A stretch of 64,000 nt of DNA from Nitrosopumilus sp. (GCA_965205675.1 OZ242186.1:1856001-1920000); one strand, 5' to 3'. Positions 8,954 through 19,972 are shown, counted from the first letter of the stretch. Notes: generated by a model not told the origin, from the letters alone. Made by a program: numbers and translations.

Positions 8954-10224
8954 TTTAATCTACCTCTTACTGCTTCATAGTGATTTGAAAGTCCTTCAGC
9001 ATTAGCTAAAATTTCTAAATGTTTTGAGATTTTAGATAAGGATTGTTTTGATGAACTTATCTGGGTGTTTACCTTGATAAAATCTAAAACAGAAAGAGAG
9101 CCTCTAATTTTTCCAAATCCATTAGTGGGTAAAATATGATTTGAGCCTAGAATATAGTCGCTAGCTGATGAAGGCGTATTATTTCCAATCAAAACAAGTC
9201 CCGAAGAAGTAATTTTTGAAGATGCAGATTCAGGATTTTTAGTCATTATTTGCAAGTGTTCAGGAGCTAAAATATTTGCTAGTTTTAGCATATCAGAATT
9301 GGTTTTACATATACCAATAAATCCATTATTCTCAAGACTAAATTTGGTAATTTTTCCTCTCTTGATTCTAGGAATTAATTCTGAAATAATTCTCTTAACT
9401 GACATTGCAAGTTTTTCAGAAGTAGTAATCAAATAACAAAAGGTGTCATTACTATGTTCTGCTTGTGAAATTAAATCTAACGCAATAAATTTTGGGTTTG
9501 ATGAATTATCTGCAATTATTCCTAATTCAGTTGGACCTGCAAGCATATCAATTCCAGTATTATCACTAATTAGGGATTTTGCAGCTGTAACAAATATACC
9601 ACCAGGACCAACAATTTTATCTACTTTTAAAATTGACTTTGTTCCATAAGATAATGCTGCAATAGATTGTACACCCCCGGTTTTGTAAATTTCAGTTGCA
9701 CCACAAATATCAGCAGCAACAATAGTTAGCGGATTAATATTTCCTTTAGAATTTGGTGGAGTTACAATCACAATTCGTTTTACACCTGCAATTTTTGCAG
9801 GAACAACTGACATTATAACAGAGCTCGGGTATTGTGCTAAACCTCCAGGGATATAGCACCCCACACTTTGAATTGGAATGAATTTTTTTAAGATTTTTAT
9901 TCCATCTTGATTGATTGTTTTGTTTTTTAATAGTGATTTTACAATAGATTCAGTTTTGCCAAGTTTATTTTTTGCTAATTGTAATGCAGCAAGTTCTGAT
10001 TTTGAAGTCTTTGAATATGCATTTTTTATTTCATGTTGAGATAAACGTAATGTGGAGATGTTTGCTTTGCTAAATTTTTTCTCATATTTTCTAATTGCAG
10101 TATCGCCATTTTTTTTAACATCTTTTAGAATAGATTCCACTATAGTCTTGTTATTTTGAGGCTGTTTTGGAATAATTTTAGCTGCAAATTTTTCAACATT
10201 GTTTACTTTGATTACTCTCATCAA
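8950..10224 (-). CDS. hisD: Histidinol dehydrogenase
   Basis: GCYIPGG, DKIVGPG, SQAEH, APEHL, GSNHILPT. Confidence 0.96.
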   Translation of the reverse strand: MMRVIKVNNVEKFAAKIIPKQPQNNKTIVESILKDVKKNGDTAIRKYEKKFSKANISTLRLSQHEIKNAYSKTSKSELAALQLAKNKLGKTESIVKSLLKNKTINQDGIKILKKFIPIQSVGCYIPGGLAQYPSSVIMSVVPAKIAGVKRIVIVTPPNSKGNINPLTIVAADICGATEIYKTGGVQSIAALSYGTKSILKVDKIVGPGGIFVTAAKSLISDNTGIDMLAGPTELGIIADNSSNPKFIALDLISQAEHSNDTFCYLITTSEKLAMSVKRIISELIPRIKRGKITKFSLENNGFIGICKTNSDMLKLANILAPEHLQIMTKNPESASSKITSSGLVLIGNNTPSSASDYILGSNHILPTNGFGKIRGSLSVLDFIKVNTQISSSKQSLSKISKHLEILANAEGLSNHYEAVRGRLN

Positions 10225-11213
10225 TTTTCTTCCTGACGCTTTATCTCCTCGAGTTCAAGTATTTGTCGTGGTTCATGAACTACAAGGCCTTGAGCTATTT
10301 TCCTCAATTTAGGAATGAGTTTGTGGAATTCTTCTTTTTTAATGACGGTGTTTACTCCAAACCACCCTTGTTCGCTTAATGGGCTTATTGTAGGCTTTTT
10401 CAGTGAAGGCATCTGAGTCAAAAGTTTGTTTAAATTTTTTTCTTCGACATTTAGATAAATGTGTAAGAATTTTCTGCCATGAACTGCACCTCTCATCAAA
10501 GTAACAATATCAAAGATTTTTTCATGTTTTTTAGGATCCTTTAATGATTTTTTATTTACAATCAAGTGTGCAGTTGAAGTAAGGACTTGATCTACAATTT
10601 TGAGTTTGTTTTGTTTTAGAGTTGTTCCGGTTTCTGTAACATCCATTATAGCATCAACGTCCTCAGGAGGTTTTGCTTCAGTTGCACCAAAGGATAAATG
10701 AATTTGAACACTTTTGTTAGTTCCCAATCTCATCCACGGAGTAACAATCAATGGATCTTTAGAACCATAATATTTTTTGTATGACTTTAGTTGCTTTAGA
10801 AATTTTGAAGCCGTGGTAAGATATTCTGATGATATTCTAAGTGTTTTTTTCTTTTTGCCATAATCTGCAATCATTGCATCGAGATTTTTGTATCTATATT
10901 TGTCAGGAAAGGCAATTACTAGTCGAATTTTACCATATTCTAGATCTAAAATTGGCTCAACATCAGAATTTGTTTCACCAACCCAGTCCTTCCCAGTAAT
11001 TCCAACATCATAGAGTCCTTCTGCAACTAACGTTGGAATTTCTTGCGGGCGAAGCATTTTGACAACAATACTAGGATCATCCAGATATACACGATAAGTT
11101 CTATTTTTACGATTTACTCTAGTCCAAGACTTTTCTAATAATTTGAAAGTTGCATCTTCTAAACTTCCTTTTGGAATAGCAAATTTTATTTCAGACATTT
11201 TTAATTTTTTCAC
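10221..11213 (-). CDS. hisG: ATP phosphoribosyltransferase (long form)
   Basis: AIPKGSL, DVGITGKDW, GATE, DVTETGTTL, C-terminal regulatory domain. Confidence 0.96.
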   Translation of the reverse strand: MKKLKMSEIKFAIPKGSLEDATFKLLEKSWTRVNRKNRTYRVYLDDPSIVVKMLRPQEIPTLVAEGLYDVGITGKDWVGETNSDVEPILDLEYGKIRLVIAFPDKYRYKNLDAMIADYGKKKKTLRISSEYLTTASKFLKQLKSYKKYYGSKDPLIVTPWMRLGTNKSVQIHLSFGATEAKPPEDVDAIMDVTETGTTLKQNKLKIVDQVLTSTAHLIVNKKSLKDPKKHEKIFDIVTLMRGAVHGRKFLHIYLNVEEKNLNKLLTQMPSLKKPTISPLSEQGWFGVNTVIKKEEFHKLIPKLRKIAQGLVVHEPRQILELEEIKRQEEN

Positions 11214-11236
11214 TTTTTAGGTATATAATCGCATGT

Positions 11237-12493
11237 TTAAATTTGCTCGAGTAGTTCTTTAGCTCTGCCAAGTGAAATTTTCTTTTCTTTAATCATTTTT
11301 TGTACAATATCATCTATTTGATCAAGTGTAGCACCTGCTGCTACAGCCAAGTTTCTTGCATGAAGACGCATGTGTCCTTTTTGAATTCCTTCTGTAGATA
11401 GTGCTCTAATTGCACTATAATTTTGCGCCAAACCAGTAGCAATCATAACACATCCAAGTTCTTGTGCCGATGAAGCTCCTAGAATTTTTGTACAAACTTT
11501 GGCTACTGGATGAATATTGGAAATCCCGCCAACAATCCCTACAGAAAGAGGCATTTCCAAGGTTCCAACTAGATTGCCTTCTTTATCTTTGCTCCATTTA
11601 CTTAAAGAACGATATTGTCCTGTTTGTGCAGCATATGCATTTGCTGCAGCTTCAATTGCCCTACTATCCTGACCTACAGCATTTGCAACAGCTATAATTC
11701 CATTCATGATACCTTTGTTATGAGTAACTGCTCGATACACATCATTATCAGCAAATTCAAATGCAGAAATAATATTATCAACTACTTGTTTGCCTCCTAC
11801 TGCTTCTTTTTCAAATACTGCTTTTGCTTTGGCTATTCTTCTTGTTGAATAATTGGACAAAATTCGTAGTAATGCTCTACCGCCAGTAATTTTTTCAATT
11901 AATGGAGAAATTGCTTCACACATTGTATTTGTAAGATTAGCACCCATTGCATCACCAACATCAATTAATAATTCAACGATGAGCATATTTCCAGAAGATG
12001 TTTTGATTTCTTTGCATGAAATCTCCTTTGCACCTTTATCCATTTTAGATAGAGTATTACTTTTAGAATTTGCTAGTTGAAGAATTTCATTTGTAGAATT
12101 TTTTATTTGTGTAATAGCATGAGGAATATCAATGTCTAACATCTGTATTTGACCAATGCTAAAAGATTCATTTGCAGATACTTCAAATCCACCTTTAATT
12201 CGTGCAATTTTAGCTCCTTTTGATGCAGCAGCTATTACAGATGGCTCTTCAATAACCATAGGTACAACGTAATCCTTATCATTAATTTTGAAATTAGTAG
12301 CAATTCCCAATGGTAATGAAAATGTTCCAATTACATTTTCTATCATTTTATCTGCTTTCTCAAAAGAAATTCCTCCATTATCATTTTGTAAAATGGCTAG
12401 TTCTTCATCAGAAAGATTTGCAAAATTAGCAACAGTGTCTAATCTTTCTTTTCTAGATTTTTCAAAAAATTTAGAAATTGATGAATCAGGCAT
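11237..12493 (-). CDS. hmgA: Hydroxymethylglutaryl-CoA reductase (class II type)
   Basis: ENVIG, EEPSVIAA, DAMGAN, HNKGIMNG, EGIQKGHMRLH. Confidence 0.93.
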   Translation of the reverse strand: MPDSSISKFFEKSRKERLDTVANFANLSDEELAILQNDNGGISFEKADKMIENVIGTFSLPLGIATNFKINDKDYVVPMVIEEPSVIAAASKGAKIARIKGGFEVSANESFSIGQIQMLDIDIPHAITQIKNSTNEILQLANSKSNTLSKMDKGAKEISCKEIKTSSGNMLIVELLIDVGDAMGANLTNTMCEAISPLIEKITGGRALLRILSNYSTRRIAKAKAVFEKEAVGGKQVVDNIISAFEFADNDVYRAVTHNKGIMNGIIAVANAVGQDSRAIEAAANAYAAQTGQYRSLSKWSKDKEGNLVGTLEMPLSVGIVGGISNIHPVAKVCTKILGASSAQELGCVMIATGLAQNYSAIRALSTEGIQKGHMRLHARNLAVAAGATLDQIDDIVQKMIKEKKISLGRAKELLEQI

Positions 12494-12494
12494 T

Positions 12495-13586
12495 TTATTT
12501 CAATATCCTCAATAATTTATCATCCATACTATCTGGAAAACCTTTTCCATCAGTATTTGAAGTAATTACATAAAGACTGCCATCAGGGCCTTCTACCACA
12601 TCACGAACGCGACCTATTCCACTAAGAATGGATTTTTGAGAATTAAGGCCTTCTTCAAAATTTAATTGGTAAAGATTTGCAGCCCTCATTGAAGCCATGA
12701 TAAATGAAGATTCAAAATCCAGGGAATCTCCAAAATAAAACAAGATACCACCAGGTTCTATACTTGGATCATAGCAAAGAATAGCATCTTCAAAATTCTC
12801 ATTACCAGAACATTGCTGTTCAGGCCATCCATAGTTTTTTCCTGCTTGGATCAGATTAATTTCATCATTTTTCTCAGGTCCAAATTCAGCCACAAACATG
12901 TTTCCATTATCATCCCAAGTAATTCCTTGGGGATTTCTATGTCCTAACGAATAGATTGGAGAATCAGAAAAAGGGTTATCATTTGGGATACTACCATCAT
13001 CATTTAATCTTAAAATTTTTCCAGACAAAGAGTCAAGATCTTGTGGAAGATGTGAAACATCAGAGATAGTACCTGTACCTACATACAATTTATCATCAGG
13101 TCCAAATTTAATAAATCCGCCATTTGTAAATGAAGAACCGGGAATTTTATCTAAAATAGTTTCTGCATTTTGTAATTTATTATTAGATTCAGTAATTTTT
13201 AAAATCTTATTCCATAAAATATCATCCTCAACATATGTCAAAAATACATACATGTGATGGTTGGTAGAAAAATTTGGATGTAGAGCAATTCCTAATAATC
13301 CACCATCAAATACATCGGCACTACGTAGTGTAGCCAAAGGAGATTCCAACAGCGTATTGTTTTGAATTACTTTGATTAACCCATCTTTTTCAGTAACAAA
13401 AATTCTATCGCCAGAAATAGCAATTGCACGAGGTTTATCTAAATTTTCAGCTAAAACTGTAACAAAATCATTTTTAGATTTTGGATTTGGATCAGGTAAT
13501 GGAATTGGATCAGTAGGGGATGTTAAGACTAAAACAGAAAATATAACGGCAACAGCAATTACAATAATTTGGAATTTTTTATCCAC
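12495..13586 (-). CDS. PQQ-dependent glucose/sorbosone dehydrogenase family protein, N-terminally anchored
   Basis: GGLLGIALHPNF, FGPDDKLY, GKILR, GHRNPQG, NYGWP. Confidence 0.9.
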   Translation of the reverse strand: MDKKFQIIVIAVAVIFSVLVLTSPTDPIPLPDPNPKSKNDFVTVLAENLDKPRAIAISGDRIFVTEKDGLIKVIQNNTLLESPLATLRSADVFDGGLLGIALHPNFSTNHHMYVFLTYVEDDILWNKILKITESNNKLQNAETILDKIPGSSFTNGGFIKFGPDDKLYVGTGTISDVSHLPQDLDSLSGKILRLNDDGSIPNDNPFSDSPIYSLGHRNPQGITWDDNGNMFVAEFGPEKNDEINLIQAGKNYGWPEQQCSGNENFEDAILCYDPSIEPGGILFYFGDSLDFESSFIMASMRAANLYQLNFEEGLNSQKSILSGIGRVRDVVEGPDGSLYVITSNTDGKGFPDSMDDKLLRILK

Positions 13587-13669
13587 GAAAAGATGAGTCC
13601 TTCAAATCCTATTAATTACTTTCAAGAATTTGATAAAGCGTATATTACGGCTCAATTTCATTTATCTTC

Positions 13670-13744
13670 AGCGGGGTGGGGAAGCCAGGTCATCCCGGCG
13701 GGCTCATAACCCGCAGTTCAGTAGTTCAAATCTACTCCCCGCTA
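13670..13744 (+). tRNA. tRNA-Met initiator (CAT)
   Basis: A1-U72 acceptor AGCGGGG/CCCCGCT; anticodon stem GCGGG/CCCGC with loop CTCATAA; TTCAAAT T-loop. Confidence 0.96.
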
Positions 13745-13745
13745 C

Positions 13746-15098
13746 TTAGTTTTCATAAACACAAAACCATGAAAGAGATGGATTGAATTTCGTAGGTTTA
13801 TTTGTAATTCCAATTCTTTGTAATGGTCTAGTAAGATGCCTATGGGCAGATATTTTTGGAAGGTATAATTGTTTTTTGATATTTCTTGGAACTTTAAGTA
13901 TAACTTTGGCAGATGCCTTTTTTCCACAGCGAATGCATTGAAATCCTTGATCTGTACCCTTAGATTTCATTTTCTTGTTGCATTTTTTACATTTAGGATT
14001 TGATAATTTAGTATTTCTTGCAAGAGAAATAATATGAAAAAATTCAAGGTTAATTATTCGTGGGAAATTTTTAGAAGCCTTTCTAACACCGCCACCTACA
14101 TTGATTTTATCACCTTTTAGTAAATTTGATGCAGCTACAGTCATACCAGTTGGTTTGTAAACAGCACACCAAAATTCATGGTTATCAGAATTAATTTTAA
14201 AAAATACATGACCTCCCTTTACAACTTTTGGATTATTTGAAATAACTCCAGAAATTTTTCCAGATGCATATGGTTTCATATTTTTATGATTTAGTTTATT
14301 TTTCAAATGATCACCAGTTCCTTGGTTTGATTTAAAGATCATATATCCATCTAATTTTTCAGATGTTTTTAGAATTTTAGTGGCATGAACTAAAGAATTT
14401 ACATTCTCTCCTCGTACACCATAGAAGACAGGATCAGGTCCATGAGGAGTGATTAGAACACGGCCTTTTTTGGTATCAAAACTATTAAACGTATTAGGAG
14501 AGGTTCTCTCTTGCATGTTTTGCACACTTTGAGTAGAAATTTTTCGTTTTTTTCCAAATTTTGATTTTTTTCTATAACTTAAAAGCTCTAATGTATGATC
14601 ATCAAAATCGTATCCTACTGCACCAATTGCACCAATTAATCCCTGACCATTACCTTGATAGTGAATTTCAAGATTATTTTGTTTTGCAAATTTTTTGGCA
14701 TTATTCCGATTAATTAGTTGCCATAAAGCTAGTTTGCTAAATTTAGTAAACTCAGAAGGAATATTATCACTTTCAAGAAATACTAATCCGGGATTTGCGC
14801 CATTTTCAGTATCAGAATATTTTAAAACAAGATTTTTTATTTGATTTTTTGTTTTAGAAGGATTTTTTGTTTTTATTTTAAAAGAAACTGCCCCATTTCC
14901 CCTTGTTTTCCAAGGAATGTTAGGATTAAATCGAATCAATCTTGGAAAATCAAGAAATTCAATTTTCTGTTTATGAAGTAAATCAATGATTTTGTAAGCT
15001 AAAAATGTAGTACACATTCCTTTAGGAGAGTCAGTATCATCAAATCCTACATTGAGAATAGTTTTATTTTCCATGACTTGTTTTATCTGATCAGACAT
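13746..15098 (-). CDS. tiaS: tRNA(Ile2) 2-agmatinylcytidine synthetase
   Basis: GFDDTDSPKGMCTT, PWKTRGNGA, NQGT, C-terminal Zn ribbon, RHLTRPL. Confidence 0.95.
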   Translation of the reverse strand: MSDQIKQVMENKTILNVGFDDTDSPKGMCTTFLAYKIIDLLHKQKIEFLDFPRLIRFNPNIPWKTRGNGAVSFKIKTKNPSKTKNQIKNLVLKYSDTENGANPGLVFLESDNIPSEFTKFSKLALWQLINRNNAKKFAKQNNLEIHYQGNGQGLIGAIGAVGYDFDDHTLELLSYRKKSKFGKKRKISTQSVQNMQERTSPNTFNSFDTKKGRVLITPHGPDPVFYGVRGENVNSLVHATKILKTSEKLDGYMIFKSNQGTGDHLKNKLNHKNMKPYASGKISGVISNNPKVVKGGHVFFKINSDNHEFWCAVYKPTGMTVAASNLLKGDKINVGGGVRKASKNFPRIINLEFFHIISLARNTKLSNPKCKKCNKKMKSKGTDQGFQCIRCGKKASAKVILKVPRNIKKQLYLPKISAHRHLTRPLQRIGITNKPTKFNPSLSWFCVYEN

Positions 15099-15156
15099 TT
15101 TTAGTTGTTGGATATTACAGTTGATTTAAATTAATAATGTTATATTCCAAGCTGAA

Positions 15157-16152
15157 TTGATTATAGTTGATGAAGAAAGAATCTTCAAAGAAATAAAAGA
15201 AAAAAATCCTGCATCAGTTTCACTAAATGGTCCTGATGGAATTTTACCTCAAGTTCAGGATACTGCTATGAAAATAACCAAGAAATTTAGAATTCCAGCA
15301 TATGTTTTAGCAGATACGACATGGGGAACATGTGATCTTAATACCAATGGTGCAAAGGTTCTTGGATCTGAAATTCAATTCAATATTGGACATACAATCA
15401 ATACTGAATCATTAGAAAAGAATCTAGTTTTAATTGATGCATTTGATGACGTAGAATTTGATAGTGTTGCAAAAAAATGTACAAGTATGCTACAGGGAAA
15501 AACTATTTCGTTAGTTACTGACAGTCAACATTTACACCAAGTTGATAAAGTTGGAAAAATTTTGACAGATAGTGGAATTAATGTCAAAATTGGAGAGGGT
15601 AAGGGACAATTAAATGATGGTCAAGTTTTTGGTTGTGAGTTTTATCCTGCATCAGAATTAAAAAAAGAAGTGGATGCCTATGTTTTTTTGGGACAAAGTA
15701 ATTTTCATGCAGCGGGAATTGCATTATCAACTAATTTACCAACTTTTATTTTAGATCCATATTTCAACGAAGTAAGAGAAATTACAGAATTTGCTCAGAA
15801 ATTAAAAAAGAAAGCTACTATGGCAATCTACAAAGCTGCAGAGGCAAAATCTTTTGGAGTCATTGTAGGATTAAAGGAAGGACAATTATCCAAAGTCTTT
15901 GCATTAAAAATAAAAAAAGAATTAGAAGCAGAAGGAAAGGAAGTGCAATTATTTGCATTAACTGATATTACAAATGAAAGATTGAAAAATTTGAAAGGAG
16001 TTGATGCATTTATTCAAGTTGCATGTCCAAGAATTTCTACAGATAATCAATTTGACAAACCAGTTTTATCAACCCCACAAGCAAATGCACTTCTCAAAGT
16101 TTTACGAAAAGAAAGTATTGATGAGTATTTAGAAATTCCACATTGGTTGTAA
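15157..16152 (+). CDS. dph2: Diphthamide biosynthesis enzyme Dph2
   Basis: WGTCD, GQVFGC, ACPRI Fe-S cysteines. Confidence 0.93.
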   Translation: MIIVDEERIFKEIKEKNPASVSLNGPDGILPQVQDTAMKITKKFRIPAYVLADTTWGTCDLNTNGAKVLGSEIQFNIGHTINTESLEKNLVLIDAFDDVEFDSVAKKCTSMLQGKTISLVTDSQHLHQVDKVGKILTDSGINVKIGEGKGQLNDGQVFGCEFYPASELKKEVDAYVFLGQSNFHAAGIALSTNLPTFILDPYFNEVREITEFAQKLKKKATMAIYKAAEAKSFGVIVGLKEGQLSKVFALKIKKELEAEGKEVQLFALTDITNERLKNLKGVDAFIQVACPRISTDNQFDKPVLSTPQANALLKVLRKESIDEYLEIPHWL

Positions 16153-16788
16153 TTATAAAACTAATTTTTTAAATTTAGGATTACCTGCCAATTTTTCAAA
16201 GACTTTTGATTTTCTAGCCTTAATTTTATATTGGATTCCTTGAGCGATAGCATGCTCAAGTGTATTTAATGCTTCGTCATTTTTAGACAACATTACAAAA
16301 TTAGAAGATTTATCAAATAAGACATCCCCATTATCAGGATAATCATCTAAAATTTGATTGCAACATAAAATAGATTCAGGATAGTTTTCCATATAGAATA
16401 AAATTCGTTCTTTGTGATAAAGTACTATATTGTATTTTGGATTAGTATTCAATATTTTGTTGCAAATAGATAATGCATTAGAAAAATTTCCTTGCTTACG
16501 AAATGACGAGATTTTGTTAACTAGTATAGATAGATCATCAGGAGAACTCTGTAAAGCAGCATCATAGCATTTCATAGCATTATCAAAATCTTTTAGTTTG
16601 CTTAAAGCATATCCTTTATTGTTAAGGGAACTTACATGGAGAGAATTTTCATTTAGAATTTTATCATAATATGTAATTGCTTCATGTAATTTACCTTGTA
16701 AAAATAATCTATTACCTTCATCTAAAATAGAATTTGTTTTTGGATCTTCCATATTATCAAGACCTTGGCTTGAGCAGAATTTTTCCAA
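16153..16788 (-). CDS. TPR repeat protein
   Basis: Repeated NKG..L..A..YD.A TPR helices; true start probably the internal ATG (MEDPK). Confidence 0.88.
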   Translation of the reverse strand: MEKFCSSQGLDNMEDPKTNSILDEGNRLFLQGKLHEAITYYDKILNENSLHVSSLNNKGYALSKLKDFDNAMKCYDAALQSSPDDLSILVNKISSFRKQGNFSNALSICNKILNTNPKYNIVLYHKERILFYMENYPESILCCNQILDDYPDNGDVLFDKSSNFVMLSKNDEALNTLEHAIAQGIQYKIKARKSKVFEKLAGNPKFKKLVL

Positions 16789-17842
16789 ATAGACCTTTAC
16801 CGTTGAGCATTTTTGTGTGAGCTATAGAAGCTTCTTCTAAGAAATAGACTGAATCAACTATTGATTTTATTTTACCTTGTGACATCCAATACAGACCTTG
16901 TTCTAATTCAGCGCGAGTTCCCTGTGTAGAACCTAAAATATTGATGCCTTTAAAGAAAATATGGCGTAAATCAGTTTTAGCGTCATAGCCTGTAGTAGCA
17001 CCAGTTGTAACTATTGTTCCACCGTAATTTAGCAAAGTTAGTTCTTTGTTCCAATGAGAACCTCCAATGTGTTCAAAAATTACATCTACGCCAGGGACAT
17101 CACCTAATTGTTTAGGAATTTTTTTTGCAATTGATCTTACTTCTTTATGCCAGTCTTCTTTTCTATGATCTACTGCATAATCAGCTCCAAGTTCTAATAA
17201 TTTGTCTAGTTTATCTGGACTAGCAGTGGCAATAACAGTGCAATCAAATAATTTAGCAATTTGAATTCCATAATTTCCAACTCCAGAACTTCCACCCATT
17301 ATCAAAACTATTTGTCCCGGTTGAATTTTTGCTCTACTGATTAACATGTGCCATGATGTCAGCAAAGTCATGGATGCAGCAGCTGCTTGATCATATGAAA
17401 CATCATCAGGAATTTTTACAACATTAACTTCTGGAAGATGTGTAAATTCACAATAGCCTCCCCAGAGAGGACCAGTTTCAAAACCCCAGATAGTTCTTTT
17501 TCTACAATCAAATTCTCTACCACCTGTACATGCCTTACAAACTCTACATGAAATGTTTCCATGAGAGACAACTCTATCTCCCACTTTGATATTTTTTACA
17601 TCACTGCCAATTGCTGTAACTTTACCGGCAGCATCAGTACCAGAAATATGTGGCAATGGAATCGCTAGAGGTTTACCTCTCATACCCCAAATGTCATCAT
17701 AGTTCAGAGCAGCCGCCTCTACCTTGATGATTACTTCATTAGATTTTGGTTCAGGAGTTGGAATTTCTTTAATTTGTAGTATTTTAGAAAAATCGTCATC
17801 ATCAGTATATTGATCATATACTAGAGCTTTCATGATTTTCAT
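16757..17842 (-). CDS. Zn-binding medium-chain dehydrogenase/reductase, paralog 1
   Basis: AAALNYDD, PHISGTDAAG, CxxCxxC..C structural Zn site, GGSSGVG. Confidence 0.9.
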   Translation of the reverse strand: MKIMKALVYDQYTDDDDFSKILQIKEIPTPEPKSNEVIIKVEAAALNYDDIWGMRGKPLAIPLPHISGTDAAGKVTAIGSDVKNIKVGDRVVSHGNISCRVCKACTGGREFDCRKRTIWGFETGPLWGGYCEFTHLPEVNVVKIPDDVSYDQAAAASMTLLTSWHMLISRAKIQPGQIVLIMGGSSGVGNYGIQIAKLFDCTVIATASPDKLDKLLELGADYAVDHRKEDWHKEVRSIAKKIPKQLGDVPGVDVIFEHIGGSHWNKELTLLNYGGTIVTTGATTGYDAKTDLRHIFFKGINILGSTQGTRAELEQGLYWMSQGKIKSIVDSVYFLEEASIAHTKMLNGKGLFGKILLKPRS

Positions 17843-17965
17843 CTATTTTTTGAAGATATATGATTATGCTATCTAATTTCCTAGCTGATTTTGGCACATA
17901 TGGTTATAGTTATCAAGATCCTTCAAGCCACAAACAATTATAATCATAAATACAAAATTCTCATT

Positions 17966-18517
17966 ATGTCTGAAAATGCGATATTCCCAGGTGACAAAAT
18001 AGCAGCTATTGAAGAATATGAGGCAGGTCATAATGCTTTTGATGACGGAGATATGGTCAGAGCAGCAACTGTTGGAGAGAAAGATATCGATAAAACATTA
18101 CGAGTTGCTAATGTAAATCATCCAAAACTCCTATCAATACCAAAAGTAGGCGACATCATTATTGGGACTGTCGCTGCAGTAATGTCATCTATGATTGCAG
18201 TTTCAATTGATTACATTAATGGAAAACCAACAACATCCAAAGTAGAGTGTATATGTGGAACACGAAATCTAAGAATAAGAAATATTGCATTGGTAAATGA
18301 TATAGTCACATTAAAAATTCTTAATCATCTTAATGGTACTATTCATGCAGCGATTAATGAACCGAATTTAGGAATTTTGTTTACTAAATGTAGAAAATGT
18401 GGTGGTAAAGTTGTTCCAATGCGTGATGCAATAAAATGTACTGATTGTGCTTGGATTGATGAGAGAAAACTTTCTGCAAACTTTGGAAATAGTGATTTCG
18501 TAAACTTGAGAGGTTAA
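17966..18517 (+). CDS. csl4: Exosome complex RNA-binding protein Csl4
   Basis: FPGD..EEY, S1 domain, C-terminal CxxC..CxxC..ERKL; ATG at 17966. Confidence 0.9.
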   Translation: MSENAIFPGDKIAAIEEYEAGHNAFDDGDMVRAATVGEKDIDKTLRVANVNHPKLLSIPKVGDIIIGTVAAVMSSMIAVSIDYINGKPTTSKVECICGTRNLRIRNIALVNDIVTLKILNHLNGTIHAAINEPNLGILFTKCRKCGGKVVPMRDAIKCTDCAWIDERKLSANFGNSDFVNLRG

Positions 18518-18520
18518 GAA

Positions 18521-19336
18521 ATGATACATGTTTCGTTCCAAGGTGAACGAGGTGCTTATAGTGAAGCAGCAGCTAGATCATTTTTTAATGAAGAAATTGA
18601 AACTGTACCTCAAACTACATTTGCAGAAGTATTAGATGCCACTTCTAAAGATAAAACACAATTTGCAGTCTTACCAGTAGAGAATTCTTTGGAAGGAAGT
18701 GTTGGTGAAAGCTATGATTTGTTATATTTGACATCCCTAAATGCTACAGGTGAAATTTATCATAGAATTGAGCATTGTTTGATTGGAATTGGAGGTATAG
18801 ATAAAATAGATACAGTATATTCACATCCACAAGCTTTAGGTCAATGTAGAAAATTTATTGAGAGCCACGATATGAAAACAATTCCAACATATGATACAGC
18901 AGGAAGTGTTCAAATGGTCAAAGAACTAAACAAAGAAAAATATGCATGTATCGCAAGTAAAGATGCTGCAAGAATACATGAGATGCCAGTCATATTAGAT
19001 GATATTGCAAATAATTTGAATAATCATACCAGATTTTTAATTCTATCAAAAGAAAATAGTTCTGATACTGGCAATGATAAAACATCAATAATATTTTCTA
19101 TAAAACATGAACCAGGGTCATTATTTAGAATAATTGAGAATTTTAACAAAAATAATGTAAACCTAACAAAGATTGAATCAAGACCTACTAAAGCAAACAC
19201 ATGGGAATACAATTTCTATGTGGATTTTGAAGGACACCAAAAGGACTCTAAAGTTTCAGAAATACTAGAAAAAATAAAACGAGAAACTCTATTTATGAAA
19301 ATTCTAGGATCTTATCCCTCTGCAAAATTAAGCTAA
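18521..19336 (+). CDS. pheA: Prephenate dehydratase
   Basis: FQGERGAYS, PVENSLEGSV, SHPQALGQC, TRF, IESRP. Confidence 0.96.
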   Translation: MIHVSFQGERGAYSEAAARSFFNEEIETVPQTTFAEVLDATSKDKTQFAVLPVENSLEGSVGESYDLLYLTSLNATGEIYHRIEHCLIGIGGIDKIDTVYSHPQALGQCRKFIESHDMKTIPTYDTAGSVQMVKELNKEKYACIASKDAARIHEMPVILDDIANNLNNHTRFLILSKENSSDTGNDKTSIIFSIKHEPGSLFRIIENFNKNNVNLTKIESRPTKANTWEYNFYVDFEGHQKDSKVSEILEKIKRETLFMKILGSYPSAKLS

Positions 19337-19806
19337 AATCCTTTAGGCTTTCTTAACGTAAAACCCATACTGAATCCAATTATTATAACTCCAGAAGTTA
19401 TCACCATAAGATCAAAGGTAAATCCAATTGGATCAGGGGTTTGTAAAGTATCTGCTTTTATATTTAATTCCTCATCACCCGTATTCTGAATAACGATATT
19501 TGTTTCACCATCTTGCAGATGAGTCCAATCTAAGGTTAACTCATTTACATAAGAAGTCATATTTGGAATCTGTAATCCGTCACCTGGACTCTTTAGCTTG
19601 AGATCAAATGTATCTCCAGTAATCTCTAGATGTTGTGATGCATGATTTGGTGCAGGGATTTTTAGAGTGACTCTATCGCCTTGCCCTATAACAAAATTTT
19701 CAGTTATAGAAACAGTGGGTCCTATATGGGAAATTATCGAATAACCACCCAGTCCAATAATTATACTTCCAACAATCATTCCAATAATTGTTCTTTTAGA
19801 AAGCAT
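19333..19806 (-). CDS. Hypothetical membrane protein (N- and C-terminal TM helices)
   Basis: Hydrophobic termini around a soluble beta-rich core. Confidence 0.75.
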   Translation of the reverse strand: MLSKRTIIGMIVGSIIIGLGGYSIISHIGPTVSITENFVIGQGDRVTLKIPAPNHASQHLEITGDTFDLKLKSPGDGLQIPNMTSYVNELTLDWTHLQDGETNIVIQNTGDEELNIKADTLQTPDPIGFTFDLMVITSGVIIIGFSMGFTLRKPKGF

Positions 19807-19972
19807 GATGGAATTATTTTTAATACTGTTTAAAAAATTATCTACATCAAAACAAGGCTGAATTATGAATTAAAAAGAGTATTGGTAATTACTAAGAATT
19901 GAGCAAATACCAATAACATTGTTTTCTGTCTACCATATAGATTTTTCAGTCAACCAGAATAGCAATTGTTTA

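Noticed and set aside
13670-13744. CAT-anticodon tRNA abutting tiaS as the tRNA-Ile2 substrate
   Set aside because: A1-U72 and three consecutive G-C pairs in the anticodon stem mark it as initiator Met.
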